NCBI GenBank assembly: GCA_964247055.1
Contig: OZ176053.1
Coordinates: 7,068,001 to 7,132,000, forward strand
From: Paragordius varius
Lineage: Eukaryota > Animalia > Nematomorpha
DNA: 64,000 nucleotides
Direction of reading: 5' to 3'
Shown here piece after piece: positions 34,908 to 46,700 of this stretch (position 1 is its first letter; each line of letters begins with the position of its first letter). Below the pieces are notes generated by a model that had not been told where the DNA came from, searched no databases, and was given only the letters and a program-made list of their open reading frames with translations. Made by a program: the position numbers and the translations under genes.

Positions 34908-34940
<33 letters not shown>
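34908..34940. repeat. (TA)n microsatellite, expanded relative to the homolog at ~19812
   Basis: Direct reading. Confidence 0.95.
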
Positions 34941-34943
<3 letters not shown>

Positions 34944-37900
34944 TGATAAGAAAATATCAAAATTATCAAGGTTTTGGTTTTAACCCTTACCAGTTATCAA
35001 AGTAAGTTATTTACACTTTTGTGATTAAGTCCGTATATAATTGCCAAAGGTGCGCATTTTTTCAAATACATATTTTGGTGAAAGCTAAATGCTTTATTTC
35101 AAAAGATATCACTAAAAAATATAACACAAACTAAAAGAGCAAAACAATATTTTTAATTTATAATTTTTAGATATGGGCTCTGAAAGTCTCATTTTTTTGC
35201 CTCTTTTAAAATGGACTGTGCTCTAAAAACGGAAAAATTTCGACATTATACAATAATTTCAAATATATTCTAAATTTTGTTATCGAATAAATATGTTTTT
35301 TAAAAAATGCATACCTTAAAAATTTAATTTTTAGCAAAATTTTGTTGAAGCGTTTTTGTTTATGATGGACACGATACAAACGGTTGAGATGCTATACCAT
35401 TTATATATATAATTCGATAATGCTAATTTTTCTCGTTCAGAATTTTGATTAAAATTTTCGCTCGTTTTTAAGTAAAAATTGTGTTTTATAACAAAAATTC
35501 ACCAAAATTTGCAAGCAAACAAACCTTTAATTTAAAATTCTCAACATACAGTAATTTTCAACATCATTTAACTCTTTAGAGGGTTTTATTATATCCTAAA
35601 GCTTTATACCGTTTTCATTCTGCTTCAAAATAGTTTGCGCTTCAATAAAATATTTCAAATTTGTTTATGAAAAATAAGAAAACTAATAAAAATTAAAGTT
35701 AAGGAAAGAAATTTAGAAATATCATACCTCCCATCGCTGGTCAAATCATCAGGTCAGTGACTATTTATTTTTTAACCATAGTCATTGAAAAAAACACCTT
35801 TTGAAAAAATGCTAGTAAATTTTTTTTGGAAGAGAGATAGTAAGATTTTATTGTTTTTAATATATTTTTTAAAACACAAATATTATTTAAATATGCTTAT
35901 TTCGAAAAACAAAACAATATAGCACTTTGCAAAATATGCAATACAATATATGTGAACCAATCAAAAATGAAAAACATCCTATAATTGGTATTTTAATGAT
36001 GAAAGAAAGTGTAAAACAAATTAGGTAAAATTTAAAATATCTAGTATAAAAAATCTATGCATTTGAAGATTCAGAAGGCTACAAACATGTGGCAAAATTT
36101 ATTTGAAAACAATTTCTTGATCAAATTCGATCGAAAATATATGTAAATAATAAATATCAAAAAAATGTATACAAACTTTAAAGAAAAAACATGACATTAT
36201 TAATGTAACGCAAGTGTAATTTAAACTTATTTTGACAATCCAATATCGCATGATACTTATTTAAGTACAATTGGTCATGACCATGGTCTGACTGGGTCTG
36301 ACCAGATTTTTTGAAAAAGTAATCAAGCACAACCCTACTCCCACCTAATGAGTAAAGACGTAAAAACAAACAATTTTTAAATACGAAAAAACGTTTATTT
36401 CGTTATCATATGCCATATATAATGAATTTTATATAATATGTTACGGGAATAACAATTTTCTACATAATTTCCCGTTTGATTAATATAACAAAAAAATGAA
36501 ATTTTTAAACGTGCTCAAACATTTATTAAAATATCATGAATTAATTTTGTTAACTCACTCTAAATTTGGAGGCACCTCTTTTTGCGTAAGCCCTGAATAA
36601 AAGAGCCATTAGCCTGAATCTTACGATTCGAGATTTATAGTTTTGCCACTGCTGCCTTTATAAGCGGTTTGACGCATTCAATCCAATTTTATGTATAATA
36701 CGAGTGGAAAATAAAATATTAACCAATTAAAAATAGGCCAATCTTAGTTTTTTACCGCAAAATGAACCATTTCTTTACAATTTATGTGGTTATTAGAGGG
36801 CACTATATTAAATTCTAAAATACTTTTATTGAATAAATAAAAGGTAATTATATATTTATATAAAATTAATTTTTTTTAATTTAAAAAAGCAGTACAAAAG
36901 TGTGCGCAGTACCGGCGCAGTTTTTTTCTGAAAACCCAGTACTGTACTGCGAAAAACAGCCTATCTGGTCACATTTTGTATTATTTTTCAATTTTTCCAT
37001 TGCACACATGTCACGCTGACTAAATTTTTAACTTTAGGTTTTAGTTAAAAGTAAATATTATCAAGTATTTTTGAATAAAATTTTTAATATATTTCTGTTA
37101 ATTAATGTAATATAAAAGTAAAATTTTGCCATCGTTTCAATTCCCTCCATATTTTTTAAAGTATTTAATTTTATACAGACCAGGGGTATCCAACTACCCC
37201 AATTTGAATCGAAGGGCTAAAATGAATGTCTTGTATCCAAGTGTTAAAAAAGGATCTGTAGCTAGCCAAATGAATAGTAATAGTAAGAACGTATGTGGTA
37301 ATTGGCCAGAAATCAAATCTCCTGGGAATTATACATATCGAAATAAAAGATCAACGAAACATTTTGGCTAGTTTTATTAGAAGCGTTCTCAAAACGGTGT
37401 GAGGTTGTGTTCACAAAGTTATATCCTCAACTGTTTAATATATAAATTTTTTTGGTTTGGTGTAGACGGCTTATTTCTTTAATTTCTGAAACAGATCATC
37501 GTCAGAGTTCAAAAACTATTGATTGAAACTCCATATTAAACATTTCTCACCTATTTACCACCCTCAAACTAAAGTGTCAGTAAAAAGACGATTCGGACGA
37601 TAAAGATAAAATATGACGCGAAAAAAACAAAATCGTTCAGACTTGGCGATGCTAATTTTATCGGACTATCGCTAGATGTGTCTTGTTGATCAAAAAACAG
37701 AAATATTTTTTGAACTAGAAAGCCAGCGGAATACTGAAGGGATCAGTAGATTTTAAAGATTCATCCGAAGTAACTTATTATTCGGAATGTAAAGACCAGA
37801 GGTTGGCGAAAAGACGTAGTTGCTCGCCCAATATCGCCCACATGGTCTCTGTTTTTGATGGTCGAGTTAATTTTCCCAAAAAAATGCTAAGCTGTACGCC

Positions 37901-38551
37901 AAAATTTGGAAGGGAGATGTTAGGAGAATTTTGTTTAGTTATAAATATTAATTCTATATTTAATAGAATATACATTCTAATTGCTATATATGTATTATTG
38001 TATTGTATTTATAACTATTCTGATTTAATAAATAGCTTAAATATAAACAACTATTTTAAATATGGTAACAGCATCCGATAAAGAAACTATATTAAAGCGG
38101 GTAAAACGGTTTTCCTTGTTAAATAATGGTAAAAGAAAAATCAATCTCGAATACTGTGCTAGAGAAGGCATTTGATTTTTCTCCAAATATAATAACAACA
38201 GCCGATAATGAGTGCTGAGAATCGGTTAAAACAATCTTTTTTTATAGTATTAGAGCGGTACTTATCATTTACGCGACCATGTCTCATAACACATTTGATA
38301 ATCACATTCATACTGCAATACTATATTCCGAAACCACTGAAATTTAAAAAATTGATACCGGGTATTATAAGAAAATAAATCAATTGGCCTCCTATAGATG
38401 TTGAAGAATTTTTTTAAGAAGAAACCGAATGAATACCCCGAATGGTCAAAGCTTCAACACATGACGCTCTCAAATTTTACGTTCACGCTCAAAACTACGA
38501 TCCAAAAAACTTACTTCCAAATTCACCGTAAGAGTTTTTTAACACAGTTCT

Positions 38552-38552
<1 letters not shown>

Positions 38553-38588
<36 letters not shown>
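38553..38588. repeat. (TA)n microsatellite
   Basis: Direct reading. Confidence 0.95.
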
Positions 38589-38591
<3 letters not shown>

Positions 38592-39695
38592 TTTAATAAA
38601 TTAAATTTTATTATCGCCCTAAATCAGAAAATTTTGTTGGATATAATCCTGCAAATAAACCCAATTTAAATAATTAAATTTATTCATTAATGAGATTTTA
38701 TGAATCCTTTGTTTCAGACATTTGAGTTTATTTTTATGTATGAGTCAATACCTTCTTCAAATTAAGGGTACAGATATATTTATAGCTATTATTCGTTTAT
38801 AAATTGTAAAAAAATTATTTATTTTATTATATTTTGCCTTAAAAATTATATCAATTGAAAATCTTATACCATTTAATATGGTTGTGCGAAAAACATATTT
38901 GTGAAAATTTTGACTGACTACCTTTATAACGGCACTAAAGAATCATAATATAAATGAATATAGTTCTGCAATACAATTCGCCTAATCATCTTTGTAATTT
39001 ATTGTTAAGATTTGGTAATATATATATGCACTTCATAGAGTATCCTTGAACACTTCAGGTTAGTCCTTGATCATTTGTTTGATCCTTAAAATTTTAAATT
39101 TAGATTTAATCATAATGTTTAGATGATTTTTTTTGATTATTTTTTAACCGAATTTACTTTTATCACATATTTCTTCATTTTAAAATTAAATTGTTCATTC
39201 AAAAACCAAATATATTTGTTTTAACTTAAATTTTTTCAATTCAAAAAATATTAATTTATAAATCATGAAAATATGTAATTAATGGCCCAGAAAACCTATA
39301 TAATTTATAATTACGTATTAAATATTTATGGATAAAATATTTTTAAATTGATAAGATAGATTGTTTCTGCATGATTAAAGTTGATATTGATTAGATGTTG
39401 AATTAAGATAATAGATTAAAAATCATAAAATAGATGAATGATAAAACTTTGATTGATAAAGTTAAAAATTTACAAAAAGTTAAAGGACCAACTTAAAATG
39501 TTTAAAGAGTAACTTGAAGATACTCTTGAAGTGCAAATGGTATATATATATATATTAATTTAGATATAACTTTTAGATACCTAAAATCCTAACTAAAACG
39601 AACAAAAATAGTATTTTGATATCAAATTGTCAAATAACGCGACAAAGATATATTTTCCATAAATTAATATTAATAAATAATTAAACACATATTAA

Positions 39696-39777
39696 AGATT
39701 CAAAAAGCAGCCTTGTGACAATGTACAGCGTGGAGAAAAAGGTATCCTACGCAAACCAAATTTTACTGTGGAAAAGG
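39696..39777 (+). pseudogene. Degenerate E2-type exon; sister copy at 44298-44374
   Basis: DSKSSLVTMYS / ALKSSPVTMYN align with ASEDSPVAMSN. The acceptor AG has mutated to AA. Both end GAAAAGG|G(T/C) and follow intron-1-like sequence. Confidence 0.6.
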
Positions 39778-40469
39778 GTCAGTTACTTTAATAATTAAAA
39801 TACAAAAGAATATTAGGCTCATTAATCGAACAGTCGTATTCGCGGAAAAGGTCAAAATTGGATTTGCGCTTTTCCCATTCCGTTTCTATTTGCGCGCTCT
39901 AAATTTGTTGAATTTATATAAAATAAACGACACTAAAAGTTAAAAAAGAGCCGTTGTCTGTTATAGGGTTAATATAATATATTCCGACACCTACCAACCC
40001 TTTATAAATTCGTTGTACAATATATGCGACAATAAAAATAAGCCTATACGTTTTTCAATTGTTTTAAAGTAATTTTAATGAAAAATTTTATGAGTTAAAT
40101 TATGATATATAGATCAATCAAGATATAAATCAATCAATTAATCTACATCGCTAGTTTCAAAATATTTCTTTTTATATTTATAGCTAATTGTATTTTTTTA
40201 TAAGTGGACAGTCTTCAATAATTTGGTAATTTCTCTGAGACCATTGAACTAAGCAACTTATCTGGTGGGTCATTTTGATTTCTCTGTAACTGGACACATA
40301 CCTGGCGGTTTATTTAGCTTAATACCTATAAAACAGGTAACATATCTGGTGGTTCACATAATTTCTCAGTAGTTATATAATTGGGCCATTCACCTGACGG
40401 TTTATTGTGATTTCTCTGTAATTATCAAATTAGGGTTAGGGTTTTTGTAATCAAAGGGTTATATTAACG

Positions 40470-43016
40470 TTTATATATAAATACATTTTGTCTTCAAGAG
40501 TATCTTTAAACACTTAAAGTTAGTCATTAAACATTTAAAGTTAATCCTTAAACATTTCATTGGTCCTTTAACTCTTTTTCGTTTTAAGTTTTATAAATCA
40601 AACTTTGTATCATTCATCTATTTAATGATTTTTAACTTATTCTCTTAATTCAATATAGACGCTAAATAAATATCAACTTTTAAACAATCTATCTTATTAA
40701 TTTTTTAAAAAAATATTTTATATATACGATATAGGTTTTCTAAGCCATTAATTACAAATTCCCATGAAACATCTATAAATTAATAATTTTTTTGAATTGA
40801 AATTTGAGAAACAAATAAATCTGGTTGTAAGAACAATATCAAAATTATGATCAATAAATTTCAAAATTTAAGGACAAATTGAAAATGATCTAGGACTTAC
40901 CTGAAGTGTGTTCAAGGGCACTCTTGAAGTGCAAATTATATATATATATATATATGTTACCAAATCTTAACAATAGTTTACAAAGATGATAATTGGCAGG
41001 AAGTAGTAAAGAATTGTATTGCAGAACATGATTCCCCTATGAAATGATTCTTTAAGGCCGTTTATAAAGATAGCCAGTCAAAATTTTCACATACGAATCA
41101 GGCACGTCCATATAGAATGGATAATTTTAAAATTGATATAATTTTTATGGTGTTTTTAAAATTAAATATTTTTTTACAACTAATCGAATAAGAACTATAG
41201 AATTTATTTGTGCCCGTAATTTGAAGAAGGTGTTCATTCATACAATAAAATAAACTCAATCTGAAAGCTATGATCCATAATATCTCTATTCTCTAATGAA
41301 TAATACTAATTATTTAAATTGAGTTTATTTACAGGATATATTTTCCGACAAAATTTTCTTATTTAGGGCAAAATTTATCATAAAATATAGATCTGTTAAC
41401 TCTTACGGTGAATTTGGAAGTAAGTTTCGTAATATGTTGATGATTTGAGCATTAGTCGCATTCATTAAGTTTTTTCTTTAAAAAATTCTTCAACATCTAT
41501 AGGAGGCCAATTGATTTATTTTCTTATAATTCACGGTATCAATTTTTTAAATTTCAGTGGTTTCGGAATATAGTGTTGCCAGTATGAATCTGATTTCAGA
41601 TGTTGTAGGAGGCATGGTCGCATAAAGGATAAGTACCGCTGTATTACTATTAAAAAAGATTGTTTAAACCGATTCTTATCACTCATTATCGGCTGTTGTT
41701 ATCATATTTGGAGCAAAATTAAATGCCTTCTGTAACACAGTATTCGAAAAAATTTCAGGAGTTAAATTATGTATATATAGATCAATCAAGATATACATCA
41801 GTCAATTAATCTACATCGCTAGTAAAAAAAATTTTCAATAAAAAACTGAATGAATGCGCCGATGCGACCATGACTCCTACAACATCTGAAATCAGATTCA
41901 CACTGGCAACACGATAGGACTCAAATATTTCAAAACCAATGAAATTTAAGATGTGGATACCGGATATTATAAGAAAAAAAATCAATTGGCCTTTTATAGA
42001 TGTTAAAGAATTTTTTTAAGAAAAAACTGAATGAATCCGCCTAATGCTCAAAGCATCAATATATTACGAAACTTACTTCCAAATTCACCGTAAGAGTTAA
42101 CAGATCTATATTTTATGATATATTTATTGCCCTAAATGAGAAAATTTTGTCGGAAAATATATCCTGTAAATAAACTCAATTTAAATAATTAGTATTATTC
42201 ATTAGAGAATAGAGATATTATGTATCTTAGCTTTCAGACTTTGAGTTTATTTTATTGTATGAGTGGACACCTTCTTCAAATTACAAAGGGCACAAATAAA
42301 TTCTATAGTTATTATTCGATTAATTGTATATTTAATTTTAAAAAGACCTTAAAAATTATATCAATTTTAAAATTATCCATTCAATATGGACGTGCCTGAT
42401 TCGTATGTGAAAATTTTGACTGGCTATCTTTATAAACGGCACTAAAGAATCAATAGGGGAATCATGTTCTGCAATACAATACTTTACTACTTCCTGCCTA
42501 AAATTATCATCTTTGTAAACTATTGTTAAGATTTGGTAATATATATATATATATATTATTTGCCCTTCAAGAGTGCCCTTGAACACACTTCAGGTAAGTC
42601 CTTGATCATTTCCAGTTGGTCCTTAGATTTTAAATTTTATTGATCATAATTTTGTTATTGTTCTTTAAACCAGATTTATTTGTTTCAACTCAAATTTTTC
42701 CAATTCAACAAAATTATTAATTTATAGGTGTTTCATGGAAATTTGTAATTAATGGCTTAGAAAACCTATATAATTATTACGTATATATAAAATATTTTTT
42801 TAAACAATTAATAAGATTTGATATTTATTTAGCGTCTATATTGAATTAGGAGAATAGGTTAAAAATCATTAAATGGATGAATGATACAAAGTTTGATTTA
42901 TAAAACTTAAAACAAAAAAGAGTTAGGACCAATGAAATGTTTAAGGATTAACTTTAAATGTTCAAGGACTAACTTGAAGTGTTTAAAGATACTCTTGAAG
43001 ACAAAATGATATATTA
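40470..43016. repeat. Fold-back: arms 40470-41623 and 41862-43016, 238-bp spacer
   Basis: 41862-43016 is a direct copy of ~23113-24270 and the reverse complement of 40470-41623. Confidence 0.92.
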
Positions 43017-44156
43017 CACTAGTCGACAAATTTGGACATTTTTAAGCACCACCACTCAAACTTTTTAAATTATGACTAATTTCAGTGTTTTAAAACCGAA
43101 TATGAAAAAAAATTTGATCCCGCCAATCAGAATTTTGAAATTTTATAGGTTTTTCAATTTTTCACAAACAAGAGAAAATCGAGAGAAAATTAAATATAAC
43201 TTTATAATAAAATGTTATTATATTATAAACTTAATATCATTTAATACAGCGTTTTAAACTCTATCTTTTGAATATAAATATGTCATTTAAATATCAGAGA
43301 GAAAAAAATAGAACGGACTTAAACGTCAAAATTTAATCTTTTTTTTCAAGTGAATTTTTAACACATATAAAATTTTTTTAAAAAAATACTAAAAAAGGCA
43401 TTCTATGGTTTAAACCCTCGGCTTTCAGATAGGCTATATTTTTTTGTTAGTTTTTGTTCTTTCGAGTACTTATTAGACTTTTTCTCTTGAGTTGGTTCTT
43501 ATAAAAAATCCTTTATTTATACCTAGTGGATATACCTTATTTTTTTAAAATTATTGGTTGTTTTGTATTTTGAATTTCAGATGGATGTTGTGTAGCCACT
43601 TTTAGTAGAATTTACTGTTATGGGGTTGGACCATTTGTATTTTCCTAATTTATATTCAATTTAATTGTAGAATTTATCTAACTTTATTCTGTAAATTGGT
43701 TAATTTGACATGTCAATTTGCCTGGATTTTGCTTGCAAGTCTTTCTTAACGGACTTTACGATTACTTATTGTTATCTTTGCCATATCTGGCATAGTTATA
43801 GGATCGCTTGGGGGATATGCAGAGCTTGTGCAGCCGCCCATATCTATCACACTATACATAAGCCCCTTTTAGATTTTTAATACTTTGGCTCTTAGCTTGT
43901 TTAGTATCTTATTTAATGCCTAGAATTTGTTATCCATGCATGAAATATTACTTGTATCGACTTGCTTGTTTGAATATTTAAACATATGTACACGAGGAAT
44001 GATTGTTATTTTTGAATTAAATACAAATTTAAAAATTAAATTTTGGAAAAATCCTATTGGTGGCCTCAATTTTCTTTTTTGTTTTGGCCTTTCCATGCCA
44101 TTAGGTATCAGAAAATGCAAAAATAATGGGGTGGTGCAAAACCTTGTTGATCAGTG
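43017..44156 (-). mobile_element. Tc1/mariner-like element (1140 bp), decayed
   Basis: Imperfect TIRs CACTAGTCGACAA / CACTGATCAACAA plus GCACCACC. TA on the left flank. Interrupts sequence that is contiguous at 24255-24290. No intact transposase. Confidence 0.75.
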
Positions 44157-44379
44157 TTATATAATCTATTATATATAAACGTTGATATAACCTTTTGATT
44201 CCAAAAACCTTAACTAAAATACAGATTGTAAAATAACCAAAGATATATTTTCCATAAACTAATATCTAAATAATCAGAGACATATTATGAAAATTAAAGC
44301 TTTAAAAAGCAGCCCAGTGACTATGTACAACGTGACAGAGGAAAAAGCATCGTACGCAAATACTGTGGAAAAGGGCCAC

Positions 44380-46700
44380 TTACTTTAATAATTAAAATAC
44401 AAAATAATGTTAGGTTCATCAAATGAACCGTCGTATTCGCGGAAAAGATCAAAATTGAATTTGCGCTTTTCCCATTCCGTTTCTATTTGCGCGCTCTAAA
44501 TTTTTTGAATTGTTATAAAACAAACGACACTAAAAGTTAAAAAAGAGCCGGTCCGCCTGTTATAGGGTTAATATAATAAATTACCTCACCTATCAACCCT
44601 TTATTTAATATTCGTTGCACAATATATGAGATAATAAAAATAAGCACACACATTTTTCGATTGTCAGTAATTTCACTAAAAAAATTTAAAAGTTGTATAA
44701 ATCAATTTATTAATCTACATCCCTAGTTGCAAAATAAATATTTGTATTCTAGTTTAATTATGGACAATCTTGAATAATTTGGTAATTTCTCTGAGACCAT
44801 TGAACAAGGCAACTGATCTGGTGGGTCATTTTGATTTCTCTGTAGCTGGACATATACCTGACGGTTTCACATACCTGGTGGTTTGTTTGGCTTTGCCTAT
44901 AACTATGGAACAAGGCAACATATCTGGCGGTTCAACTTTAATTTACTGCGATTATGGAACTAAACATATCGGCCGGTTTTTCTGTAACTATGAAACTAGG
45001 CAACATATTTTAAGTTAAATTCTAGGTAATTATTTGAATAGGCGACATATCTGGTGGTTTATATTGATTTGTCTGCAACCATTGAAGTAGCAAATATATC
45101 TGGTCGTTTTAAACTAGGCGACATGCCGTTTATTTTAATTTCTCTGTGATCATTAAAACTAAGCAACATATCTGGCGGTTTATTTTAATTTTTCTGAAAC
45201 CTAAGAACTAAGGCAGCATATCCATAGGTATTTATTAAAATACCCTTTTTCCGAGTATATTTGGTTTGCGTGCGATCCATATTCCTGATTCACTGTTGCA
45301 GGTGGATATAGAGGTGTCTGAAGCTCTATTTTTCCGAACAAAACCGTTTGCGTGTGACAATACAAACAGAATAATTTATTTTATGTTAATATATTGTTTA
45401 CACAATTTTATCTGACACTCTGAAGAAATAATATGTGTTGGCGGCTTTATGTGGCCTAATTCAATAATTTCAGAGAAGTAAATAACCGCCAGGATTTAGC
45501 CATTAACTACAGACAAATCAGAATGAATGACAGACAAGTTGGATAGTTCAATAGTCTCAGAGAGGCAAATAATTGATCATTCTTACTATAAGTAATTATT
45601 ACCCACATAAAGCTGTCCATAAATACTAGTTTTACAGAGTGTCATATAAAATCGTCTAAAATAATTATATTATGTACATAAAATACATTATTCCGTTTAT
45701 ATGTCATATGCAAATTGTTTAAAAATATAGAGCTTCAGAAAGCATTCCTATATCTATGCGCAACAGTGAGCCAGGCAAAAATTTTATTGGGGAAAAGGGT
45801 GATTTTCTTTTATAATTATCGAGAGATATGTCGCCTTCTTGGGTTGCAGTTAAGTCAAATTGAACCCTCAATGTTGCTTAGTTCAATGGTCACAATGAAA
45901 TCAAAATAAACCGCTAGATATGTCGCCTAGTTTAAAAACTCTCAGATATATTTGTCCACTTCAATGGTTACAAAAAAATAAATATAAACCGCCAGATATG
46001 TCACCAAATTTAATAATTACATAGAAAATAACCCCAGATATGTTGATATACTTCAATGGTTGCAGAGAAATCAGTGTGAACCGCCAGATATGTTGCTAGT
46101 TTTTAGTTGCAGAGAAACCGTCAGATATGTTAGTACCATAATCACAGTAAATTAAAAATGAACCGCCAGATATGCTGCCTAGTTCATTGGTTTAGGAGAA
46201 ACCAGTCTGAATTGCCATATATGTAGCCTAATTTTATAATTACAGAAAATCAAAATAAACCGTCAGGTATGTTGTAACTAAGGAGAAATCAAAACCACCA
46301 GATAAATTGGCTTGTTCAATGCTCTCAAAAAATTACCAAATTATTGAAGATACTACTTATAAAAAACAATCTATACATTTCACTCTAAACTTATAAAGAG
46401 TATATTAGCGATGTAGATTAATGTTTCAAATGGTTTATATCTTCATATTTTATAAAATAAAGCAGTGAAATCAAATTAAGACAATCGAACAACGTGTTTT
46501 ATTTTAATTATTGTATTTGGTAGGTGTGGTAATTCATTATAATTCTATAAAAGCGAAGCGGCCCTTTTTTAGCGTTTAATTTCGTTAGTCCTCTTAAAAT
46601 TTCAACAAATTAGAGAGCGCTAAAAGAAACATAATGGGAAAACTAAGTAACTCCAATTTTGACCTTTCCCGCGTAACCCTTCGAGTAATGCCCCTAACAT
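44380..46700. repeat. Old diverged palindrome centred at ~45528: arms ~44380-45470 and ~45585-46700
   Basis: GCTTTATGTGG 45444-45454 vs CCACATAAAGC 45603-45613. E2-type exons, the 49-bp arrays and the GCGCGCTCTAA/AGAGAGCGC block are all mirrored. Identity roughly 70% by eye. Confidence 0.85.
45244..45325 (-). pseudogene. E2-type exon on the minus strand
   Basis: AATAG|A-GCT-TCA-GAC acceptor. Open frame ASDTSISTCNSESGIWIARKPNILGK, similar to E4 VSETPISDSNNESGIRIVRKP. Confidence 0.6.

Larger units (their letters stand above)
22991..41747. repeat. ~19-kb quasi-palindrome: left arm 22991-29660, right arm 36225-41747
   Basis: 22991-24990 = rc(39750-41747); 25000-26278 = rc(37945-39250); 28565-29660 = rc(36225-37930) with deletions. 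The LINE is present only in the left arm. Confidence 0.92.

Noticed and set aside
22991-43016. Inverted repeats as whole-genome-amplification (MDA) chimeras
   Set aside because: The arms differ by many substitutions and by arm-specific TE insertions and deletions, whereas chimeras would be essentially identical.
42356-45018. Short ORFs 42356-42586, 43072-43257, 43920-44178 and 44770-45018
   Set aside because: They lie in intron-like, transposon or satellite sequence and are not conserved in homologous copies.
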